NCBI GenBank assembly: GCA_028277205.1
Contig: JANQGT010000004.1
Span: 40,348 to 104,347, forward strand
Direction of reading: 5' to 3'
Origin: Candidatus Altimarinota bacterium
GTDB lineage: Bacteria > Patescibacteriota > Gracilibacteria > BD1-5 > UBA2023
DNA length: 64,000 bases
Part shown: piece after piece, positions 55,008 through 64,000 of the stretch
How positions within the stretch are numbered: position 1 is the stretch's first letter
Layout of the letters: each line of letters opens with the position of its first letter
The notes under the pieces: generated by a model
Told to the model about the DNA's origin: nothing
The model's database searches: none
What the model saw: only the letters and a program-made list of their open reading frames with translations
Position numbers and translations under genes: made by a program

Positions 55008-56309
55008 ATGGCACCCACTGTAGAGAAAGATTTCGGACCGATCGTCAGTGAAATGGAACCCATCAAAAAAATCTCTGTCGGAGACGTCGTGCGATGACGT
55101 GCGATCCTCGTGACAGATCGGATGATTTTGGTGGATATAGACGGGCAGTTTACCGGGATTATTTCCGGTTCGCATCTGCACTCGTCACTCGAGGACGTCT
55201 CGCAAATCACCGTCGGATCCGAGATAGAGTCGATCGTCATCGAAGAAGACGAAGAGGCGGGACTCATCATCCTCTCACTGCGAAAGGCAAGTCAGGCACG
55301 ACTCATCGAGCGCCTGCATCAAAACTTTGATACGAAAGAAATCATCACCGTCATACCAAACGAGGCAAACAAAGGCGGACTGCTGATCGATCTCGACGGT
55401 ATCAAAGGATTTATCCCGGTCTCGCAGCTGACTCCCATGAACTATCCGCGCGTCGAGGGCGCGAACACCGAGAAAATCCTCGAGCACCTGCGGGGACTCG
55501 TCGGCAAGCCTTTCAAGGTACGGGTCATCAATGTCGACGATAATGGTCGAAAGATTATTTTCTCTGAAAAAGCAGCGATCGAGGAGCAGCGGATGACCGC
55601 GCTCTCGAAGCTCAAGGTCGGCGACACGGTCGACGGTGTCGTCAGCGGTATTCTCACGTACGGACTTTTTGTCACGTTTGAGGGACTGGAGGGACTGGTA
55701 CACGTCAGCGAAATCGACTGGGGACACGTCAGCGATCCGTCAAAATTTGCAAAAGTCGGCGATCATATGAAGGTCCAGGTCATCGGCATCGAGCAGGAAA
55801 AGATCAGCCTCTCTATCAAGCGCCTGAAGAAAAATCCCTGGGACGATCTCGCCGAGCGCTACAAAGAGGGCGACGTGGTGAAAGCGCCCGTCGTGAAGAT
55901 CTCGCAGTTCGGGATATTTCTGGAGCTCGCGGGCGGTGTCAATGGACTCGTGCATCTCTCCGAGATATCGCACGAGCCGGTCGAAAATATGGAGGATATC
56001 GTGCGCATCGGCGATGAGGTCGAGGCAAAGATCATCGCATTTGATCTGTCGGCAAAGCGGATAGGACTCTCCATGAAAGCCCTCGTGGAAGCACCGGAAG
56101 ACACATCGCAAACAGCAGCCGAGGAGACAATCAAAGAGCAAAAATCTGAAATCGAAGCGGAAGGCGAAAGCGCGAAGATCACGACCACAAAGCGCACAAA
56201 ATCAAAAAAATCCGAGCAAAAGACAGATGAGCCGATACAGGAGCAGCCGAGAGCGGCAAATGAAAACGAAGCCCCCTCGGAGACACCGGAGCAAGCCAAG
56301 GCGGCATAA
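55008..56309 (+). CDS. rpsA: 30S ribosomal protein S1 (four S1 domains, acidic/lysine-rich tail)
   Basis: ATG 55008 joins ORF 55110..56309 across TGA (GDVVR-G-RAILV). Repeated G..V.G.V......G.FV....G..GLVH.SE modules. Confidence 0.9.
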
Positions 56310-56319
56310 TGAGTAAACT

Positions 56320-56435
56320 CCCCCCTGTCTACTGACAGGGGGCTTTTATCGCCCTGCGGACGAATTTCAAACTGCGTTCGTCCTCACTATCGTTCGGATA
56401 CTCTCCATCCACCGGTTTAGTAAACCGGTGGTTTT
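56320..56435 (+). repeat. Structured intergenic element, copy C
   Basis: It begins 10 nt after the rpsA stop. The leading hairpin is CCCCCTGTC-TACT-GACAGGGGG + CTTTTAT, followed by the conserved core ending CCACCGGTTTAGTAAACCGGTGG + TTTT. Confidence 0.7.
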
Positions 56436-56700
56436 GCGGAGGGAGTATCATGGAGATACGCGCATAGTGTCGAGAGACCTGTCCGTACATTCTCAAAACA
56501 TTTTGATATCTATACAAACACGACACGCTCCAGTCCGGAGCGTGTTTTCAGCGTGTATGCGGGGCTGTTTTCGTGAGTGTGTTTTTGCATTTGAAAGCAC
56601 AAAAATTTTCATACAATGCAGAGCACTGCAGACAGCACGAATACGCGTAGCTGTTTGGGCATCGTCTATCTTTTTCGGATATTTCATACCAGTCATCCCC

Positions 56701-57327
56701 ATGATCGACACCCTCCTCTCGTGGCTTGCATTTTTGACAGAGCAGATCACCTACACCACGATATTTGTGATGATGGCGCTCGAGGCGTCACTCGTACCGT
56801 TTCCCTCCGAGGTGGCGATGATACCGGCAGGCTATCGCGCATCACTTGGAGAGCTTGATTTCATGCTTGCATTCGCAGCGGGAATGGCGGGAGTGTTTGT
56901 CGGCTCGACATTCAACTATCTGCTAGGACGCTACGTCGGACGCGAGTGTATTTTACGCTTTGGAAAATACTTTCTCATCTCGCGTGAATCATACGAAAAA
57001 TCCGAGCGCCTCTTTGCAAAAAACGCGATCCTCTACACCTTTGTCGGGCGACTCATCCCGGCGGTGCGGCAGCTTATTTCCATCCCCGCGGGCATGGCGC
57101 GGATGCGCTACGATCTCTTTCTTGCGACGACGATGGCGGGTGCCGGGATATGGCTTTTGATCCTCATGTGGCTCGGATATGCATTCGGAGAAAATCAAGA
57201 GCGCATAGAGCAGTACCTGCACATCATCGTCTGAGGCATCGTGGCGGCAGTCGCAGTCGGCGCTATCGTCTGGTACGCCATACGCGCGAGACAGACCCGA
57301 CAGCATACCGACGCTCGCATTCGCTAG
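56701..57327 (+). CDS. DedA/SNARE-associated family membrane protein
   Basis: FVMMALEASLVPFPSEV..., FVGRLIPAVRQLISIPAGMARM. One TGA is read through to TAG 57325..57327. Confidence 0.8.
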
Positions 57328-57356
57328 CGGCGACACATACGAACAAGTAACGAATT

Positions 57357-58529
57357 TTATCGAGGAGAGACGCTGTCTCTGATGAGCTCTGCAAGCGCGT
57401 CGATACTGTGCTGCAGGCTAAATGATGCTGATGCAAGCAAGCGCGCGCAATCCCGATACGACTCGATATCCTGAAAAATCCGCTCTATCGCACGGGCGTA
57501 CTCCTCCGGCGCAGGCGAGTCGCAGACGATACCCGCACCCGTCTTGTCGATCTCGGGCATATTGCATGCCGAGGAGACGACCGCCGGCGTCCCGACCGCG
57601 AGTGATTCGACGACCGCCATGGGCAGCCCCTCACTGTACGATGAGAGGATCAGCACGTCAAATGCACGCAGATACGCATATTTTTTCTCGCCAAAGGCGC
57701 TCGGATGCCAGACGATTTTTTTCGTGATGTCGAGGGACTCTGCCAGATTTTCCAGCCGAGTGCGCTCTGCCGGATCATCGGGACCGACGATGTGAAACTG
57801 CCAAACATGTCGCTCATGATCCAGTCGCGCAAATGCCGAAAGCGCGATATCGAGCCCTTTGACGGGATGGATGCGCCCCAGAAAACCGACGATGCGCACA
57901 TCCGTACCGATATCGAGCGATCAGCGCGCACGAGCACGATCGATATCCGGTATGGTATCGGGATCAATGGCATTTGGAAATATCGTGACTCGGGCGCGCG
58001 ACGAGATGGTTTTCACCTCTTTCGCCTCCTGAGCGTGCAGGGCGAGGACGCACTCCGCAGCACTAAATATACTCTCGCTCATCCGCAGGAGCAATCGTTT
58101 TATCCGCATATGACGCATGCGGATGCGCACAGGACTGAGCGCGCCGTGCGGCACGAGAAAATAGGGAATGCGATGCTGTCGAGCGAGACGAGCACCCCAA
58201 AGCGTCAACATCGTATACACATCATGGATGAATATCGCATCATAGCGCGATATATGCTCCCGGAGCCAGCGAGAAAATCCCCGGGGCAGGTAGAGATTAT
58301 ACCGGTTGGCGAGCCGGTTTGAGACATTGGAAAATCGAAAAATCTCCACTCTGTCACGCCATTCGTGCGAGACGGGATGACGACTCGCCGCATCGAGCAC
58401 GTCCGTCGTCGCGACCGTGACGGTATATCCGCGCTTTGAAAGCTCGCGCGCATGCGACTCCGCTACCGCCACGATCCCGCCGTAGGCATAGGCGGGCGCG
58501 TAAAATGGAGTGATGATGAGGATATTCAT
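57357..58529 (-). CDS. Family 4 (GT-B) glycosyltransferase
   Basis: MNILIITPFYAPAYAYGGI... and the C-terminal SYSEGLPMAVVESLAVGTPAV (E-x7-E region). Two ORFs join across TGA. Confidence 0.8.
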
Positions 58530-58771
58530 AGACTGCGAAGAAACAGTTTTCACAATCATGATACGCACATCTCGCGCAAAATCACATTTCTACGCCTTTT
58601 TTTCAAGTAGGAATGCACTCTCGAAAAGACGAAGCGTGAAGGAAGTATCGTTTTTGAAAGCCATCGCCTCATCGCTACATGCGTATGCTCGCTGTTTGAT
58701 TTTAGTATGAGGAGTTTTTGAAATCCTGCATCGGACAATCTGCTAAAACATGCCGAAAGCTCCAAACGAAA

Positions 58772-60655
58772 CTACCGTATACGCGACGAAGATATCCCGA
58801 TAAATCGCCGCTCTCCCATTCATGATCGCGCGAGCGCCACGACAAACATTCGCGAGATGAAAAACGCGACGAGGAGGCTTGCGACGATCCCGATACCGAG
58901 CATGAGTCCAAATCCTTTTATGAGGCTCACACCGAAGATAAAGAGGATGAGCGCGCTCGCAAGCGAGGTGAGATGCGAATCCCAGATGGTCGCCCACGAT
59001 CGTTCGAATCCCATGCCCACCGCTTTCGGGCGAGCGGTTCATCGTCGCAGCTCTTCTTTTATCCGCTCGAATATCAGGATATTCGCATCGATGGCGAGAC
59101 CGATGGAGAGGATGAGTCCCGCGATGGACGCGAGCGTCAGCACCACACCAAACCACTTTGCGACGGCAAGCAGGAGGAGTGTATAGATGACGAGCGCAAA
59201 TCCGGCAAACAATCCCGATACGCGATAGACGACAATGAGAAAAACGAGAATGACGACGAGTCCGACGATACCGGCGATCATGACGACCGAGAGAGAATCC
59301 TCACCGATTTTCGCGTCGACGGTGCGCTCACTGGAGAGGTAGATGGGTGCCGGGACGATACCGGTTTTGATGTCGTTTGCGAGCTTTGCGGCGCTCTCCG
59401 GCGTATACTGCCCCGTGATGACGGCGCGTCCGTCGGGGATGGTCTCGTTTACCGTCGGCGCCGTCACGAGCTCTCCTCCGACGAATATCGCGATCTGCTC
59501 GCCTGTCAGACGCTGTGTGAGCTCTCGGAAAATTTCGGCTCCCTCGTCATTGAAAAACAGATCCACCTGCGGCTGAAATGTCGGCGAGTAGCTGACGCTC
59601 GTATTGATGAGATAGCGATCATTTAGGATGCGTCCCTGGGAGTCGCGCGCTGGTTTCCACTCGCTCGCTGCCGCGCTGATGAAAAGCGCCTCGTAGGTAT
59701 ACACGCGCTCGACGGCATTCGCAGTGTCCGCATCGCTCACTCACGGCTCCGCCGGTGTTTCGTCGGCTCAGATGTGCGACTCGTCCGATGTCTCTACAGT
59801 CCCCGCATCGTTTTCGTCCTCAGTGTTTTCGACTGGGCGATCGTCGATCTGGGAAAAAGAGACGATGACATACCCCTCGTCGTTTCCTCCCTGCACGAGA
59901 TTTCCCTGACTGTCCAGCGACAGCACGGTCTGCCGGGTCGCGAGCCTCGGCTCGCCGAGATAGCCGGACTGCACCGACTCCGCCCCGGAAAATGCGACGG
60001 ACTGCGGCAGCTGGTCCAGCGTCCCCGTCCCGGTAAAATACTCGACATTTTCATACTGATCCTGATATTTATTTCCCACGATCGCAAACGCCATGCCATC
60101 ATCCGCGATCTCGGCATGAGCGCGATCCGCAAGCTCTCGGCGCTCTGTCCGGTCTTCTTCGCTCGGATTATCGTTTCACTCGCGAAACTCGAGCTGGACG
60201 ACGCGTCCGATAGTTTCCTTTGCTTGCTCGATAAATGCGGCATTTTGCGCTCGTCGCTCCTCCTCACTGAGATCCGCTCCGTCGGCACGTGCGACGGGGA
60301 TCTGCACGATGATGTGCTGCTCTCCCGCATAGCTCGCGCTCTGGATGGTCGGCTCGGCGGTACCGAGCGCATTGACGCGGGGCTCGATGATGGATTTCAG
60401 TCCCTCTACGACATCACCCTCGTCATAGTCGGCACCCGAGCGCGCCAGCTCTGAAAAGTCGACGCGATAATCAAGCTCCACACCCCCCTGTAGATCGAGT
60501 CCCAGCTTGTAGGGTGATGCCAGAAATTCGGGGACGTCCACCTCTACGACATGCCACGGAAAGGCGTACGCAAGAAGCAAAAGAAAGAAAACGGCGATCG
60601 CCGCGAGTCGAATCCAGATATGACGCATACGCGAGTATTGATCGTAAAAAGGCAT
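58772..60655 (-). CDS. secD: Protein translocase subunit SecD (no adjacent secF)
   Basis: ORFs 60176..60655, 59768..60094, 59039..59740 and 58820..59020 are in one frame. LGLDLQGGVEL, and the 6-TM C-terminal half with LSIGLAIDANILIFERIKEE. The stop is TAG 58772..58774. Confidence 0.85.
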
Positions 60656-60765
60656 TATAAAAAGAAATCACGAAAGACAAGGGAAACTGTGTCGTATTTC
60701 ACGAGTGAATGCGGCGAGCGTACAGAAAACTCTTTTCGTACGATCGACCAAACAGGGACGATACG

Positions 60766-62391
60766 CTAATCGGCAGACGAGCTGTCTCTCAGATGCTCCC
60801 AGAGCGTCCGCGCGCGCTCATGATACTCATCGAGATCGAGCGTCCGTGCAAACGCGGCACGCGCCTCCCGAAGGTCTGAAAGCTGCAAACACGCCAGTCC
60901 GTAGTCGTACCAGAGCGACGGCGAGCTGTCATCGGTACGCAGCCCGGTAGAAAAATAGCGCCTCGCCTCACGAAATCGCCCTCGCGCATAGTACCAGGCA
61001 CCGAGTCCCCGATGGGCGTCGGTATGCGCCGGATGGAGACTGAGTGTCGTCTCAAAGCGAGTATGTGCAGCGTCATCGTTTCCGAGAGCGATTTCGATTT
61101 TCGCCTGCAAAAAATGAATGCCCGCCGAGCGAGGCTCCATGATGAGCGCGTGCTCGGCAAGCGCGTGGGCGTCGAACCACTGTTTTTCCTGCGCATATGC
61201 CGAGGCGATATTTGAAAGCATCTGAAAGACAATTCCCGTATCCGAGCGCATCGGACGGGCGTATGTTTGGTGTTTTTCAAATCCCGGGATATCGAGCGCC
61301 TCGTATCCGAAAGCCGCCGGATCACTATTTGCAAGTATGATCGGAGCCACGAAATTTGTCGGGTCGAGGTACCGCGTCGTCCCGCCGAGATCAACGCGGA
61401 TCGCCGAATGTCCTACCATATCGAGCAGGGTGTGCGGGATGTCTTCGAGCGCGAGAAATGTGTGCACGAGCAGTGATTTTCCCACGCAGCCCATGTGTTT
61501 CGTCTCGAGTATTTCCGGTACTCAGACCGAGACGTCGTCCGTCCACGGATACGCCGCCACCTCCACGACGAGCCTTCGCAGGAAAAAATCAATGGCGTGA
61601 GTGTCCAGATGCTTTTGTCGTAGACGCGAACGCACCGACGAGAGTGCCCGAGCGAGCACCACGGGGCGAACACGAAGCGATCATCGGTCGACCCGGATCG
61701 TCTGCTGCATGCCCAGAGTCACGGCATCCGCGATCGACTCATCGTACTCTCCACGTGAAAATGTCCGCATGTGCGTGCGAAGCATAGACCGAGTCCGGAC
61801 GGTCGCGACCGCATAAAATTCGCGCAGTATCGTCTCGGCGAGACTGGCATCCGACATAGAGACGATCATGCATTCGTCCAGATCATCGAGCCGCTCGCGA
61901 AGAAGCGACAGCTGCCCCCGAGTCGCATCCAGCACATCATGCGCGAGTGTATTTTTTTGATACTCCGAATGAGTGTGCAGTCGCGCATCGAGGCGATCCT
62001 GCAGACGTATCAGCGCACGCAGTCATTGTTTGAGGGATTTCGAGGGAGGAGCGCTGGACCGAAGCAGTGCTAAAAATATATTTTTCCACTCATCGATCGC
62101 CTGTCGAATCCGCATCAGCGCCCGGAGTCCGAGCGCGTCAGTATCGCTGCGGCACACCGTGTCCAGTAAAATATCCGGCAGATCGCGTATGCGCGATCAC
62201 TCGGGCAAGACGAGCAGCGAGCCGTCAATCGCAGTGCGCGATTTTCGCATGCTGTGGTAGTCGCTTCGCGATATCGTCCGCACCTCGGAAAACCCCATCG
62301 CCCGACACCACCGGAGAAATGGCTTTTTGTGCATCTCATCCAAAAATGGCGTCTCGACAGAAAGGGGGCGTTCGATAGGCGTCAGCGTCAT
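60766..62391 (-). CDS. Helical N-terminal region + transglutaminase-like Cys-protease core + C-terminal TPR repeats (541 aa)
   Basis: ORFs 62197.., 61681..61935 and 60766..61494 are in one frame, and I translated the gaps (TGA only). The candidate Cys/His/Asp core is HMGCVGKS...GHSAIRV...YLDPTN. TPR-like repeats: GLGAWYYARGRFREARRYF. Confidence 0.6.
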
Positions 62392-62419
62392 CAGGAGGAC
62401 ATGAGACAGAAATATTCGA

Positions 62420-63115
62420 TTAGCCTCGGTTTTTATTGTTTCGTCAGTGGCGCATCCTCGCCTGTCCGATGATACTGTCATCGATGAAAATGCGGATAAA
62501 ATCCTCCCCCCGAAAGACAAGACGCTTTGCGATCGTCACGGGCGATATTCGCTCCATTGCCATCAAAAGCGCGAGATATTCACGCGCTTTGAGGATATCA
62601 TCGGGAATCATGATCGCCGAGATCATCCCCGAGTTTACGGCTGCGAGACACGAGCGCGCATGATGCGGCTCGCGAAACGGCGGGATAATCGTACGAGCAT
62701 CGGCATGAGAGTAGAGATCTTTATAGCAAAACAACAGGTGCTCGATATGCACGGCAAGCGAAACAGGGGCATCCTCGGGGACACGATAGCGATTTTGAAA
62801 ATCGCAGAAATACCCGAGCGCATCATATCGACTGCGTACGAGATCGATGATCCCACTCGTCGATACACCCGCGATCATGACGCGATCCAGAGTGCTTGTC
62901 GCGTCATATGCAGCTATTTCCGATGTTTCCGGATATTCGGCGCTTCGCAGCTTTGGATCGCAGGAAGCGTCTATATCGGTGTTTTTATGACTTTCGAGCC
63001 ACTGACGCATATCAAAAATTTTTCCGGTACGACGACTCGGCACCGAAAACACCCAGCCCCGCTGGGACGTTTGATCCGGTATTTCCACGATACGATCCGG
63101 CAGTACCCGTTTCAT
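62420..63115 (-). CDS. Hypothetical protein (231 aa)
   Basis: This is the internal ATG of ORF 62444..63229, 2 nt after the upstream gene's TAG. It ends ...RMRH-TGA-RNNKNRG-TAA. No motif recognised. Confidence 0.5.
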
Positions 63116-63117
63116 GC

Positions 63118-63777
63118 CTATTCTTCGTCCGGCACTACTCGGGCTCCTGCATTTTCCTCCGCCTGCCGAAGCAGCGTACGATACGCCCGCATCGCCTTTT
63201 GCGCTTTTTGTTCGTCTCCTTTTTTTCACCAGATCTCAGCGACACGCTGGAGATAGGTAAAATCACCGATCTCCCTCACGAGAATATCGAGCCGTGCGAG
63301 CGCGAGATCATACGCCTCGACCTTTTCATAGAGTGTCGCCATGAGCCCCAAAAGCTCGGAATTATTGTCAATGTTGTCTTCATAGTGGATTTCGAGTACG
63401 CGGATCGCCTCGCCGGTCTGCCCGAGCGCCTCATGCAGGCGGGCTTTTTCGATCTGGCGGGCTATCAGATTTTCGCGTGATTCGATGCGCGTGCCGCCTC
63501 ACTCCTCTGATTCGAGCAGCTCGTCCAATCTCGCCTGAAATTTTCATAGCTGTTCGTCGGAATATGTCGGCTCATAGGTGATATCGTACAGCTCGGGATT
63601 TGTATCGGAGACCCGCTCTCGAAACAGTGCATCCTCGACACCATCCGTATCCCGAGAATCTGGCACCGTATTGGTATCCTCGATATTTCGAGAAATGTAG
63701 TCGTACATGTACGCCGTCCCGAGGATGGCGATAGCAATGGCGAGGATGATACCGAAAAGGGAAGGAGTTGATTTCAT
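63118..63777 (-). CDS. Membrane-anchored helical-repeat (TPR-like) protein (219 aa)
   Basis: MKSTPSLFGIILAIAIAILGTAY is the TM anchor. ORF 63544..63945 continues in frame across three TGA to TAG 63118..63120. Confidence 0.5.
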
Positions 63778-63835
63778 AAACGCTGGTAAAAAGCCTATCG
63801 AGTATACCCCCTGCGAAGAAAAAAACAAGCACAAC

Positions 63836-63862
63836 AAAACCCCCTCCAAAGAGGGGGTTTTT
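63836..63862. terminator. Bidirectional rho-independent terminator
   Basis: AAAA-CCCCCTC-CAAA-GAGGGGG-TTTTT. Confidence 0.7.
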
Positions 63863-63886
63863 GTGAGCGAGTCTCTCAAAGAGAGA

Positions 63887-64000
63887 TTATCGCTGGATTG
63901 ACTGGGACGAGATGATGTCTGTTCCCGATGTGAGGAAGAGATCATTCGTGTAGTCGTCGGAGCTATTGCTGTGCGATGTCGCAGTCTGATCAGACCAGAC
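63887..64000 (-). CDS. 3' end (37 codons) of an unidentified gene entering from the right edge
   Basis: An open minus frame runs to TAA 63887..63889, followed by two hairpins and the terminator. There is too little sequence to identify it. Confidence 0.25.
   Translation of the reverse strand, partial: VWSDQTATSHSNSSDDYTNDLFLTSGTDIISSQSIQR

Noticed and set aside
58556-58771. An expected secF immediately downstream of secD.
   Set aside because: The 240 bp between secD and the glycosyltransferase gene has no multi-TM reading frame in any frame under table 25. secF must be elsewhere or absent. I noted this but did not treat it as a finding because split secD/secF loci are common.
1-64000. The idea that the many TGA-interrupted genes are pseudogenes in a decaying genome.
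   Set aside because: The interruptions are exclusively TGA and never TAA or TAG. They never shift the frame and often fall on conserved glycines. A tRNA(UCA) is also encoded. Recoding explains all of this; decay does not.

Overview
This is a 64-kb chromosomal segment from a bacterium that reads UGA as a sense codon (glycine, translation table 25). That code is typical of Gracilibacteria/BD1-5 and Absconditabacteria/SR1; the lineage assignment is my inference. The supplied standard-code ORF track splits almost every gene at in-frame TGA, so I re-joined same-frame pieces by eye. This gives about 55 CDS, all ending in TAA or TAG. There are three tRNAs: Leu-GAG, His-GUG and the recoding tRNA-Gly-UCA. 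I found no rRNA, no CRISPR array and no recognisable transposase or integrase. Backbone genes are rnr, recG, serS, an ftsB-like gene, trxA, frr, mfd, miaA, galU, sufCB, typA, ileS, rpmH-rnpA-yidC, era, rpsA and secD. Six items stand out. (1) ileS encodes a 1421-aa type-2 IleRS with two in-frame histidine-phosphatase (RHG, PGAM-like) domains of about 190 aa each, inserted in two different loops. (2) A 10-kb minus-strand block (13.4-23.3 kb) holds a 1842-aa giant protein with no signal peptide, two peptidoglycan-binding repeats and a glycine-zipper hydrophobic segment. It is flanked by a secreted cysteine-rich protein, a small lipoprotein and a protein with a sortase-type C-terminal signal. (3) A structured element of about 115 nt occurs three times, always just 3' of a gene and in the same orientation. 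(4) An AT-rich single-gene insert is bracketed by 87-bp direct repeats that duplicate a promoter plus the first 10 codons of the downstream flavoprotein gene. (5) Two replication genes are truncated: PriA (C-terminal half only) and Pol I (5'-3' exonuclease half only). (6) A two-gene island encodes cell-wall-lytic-type proteins with no signal peptide. All domain calls come from motif recognition by eye; no database search or folding program was available.
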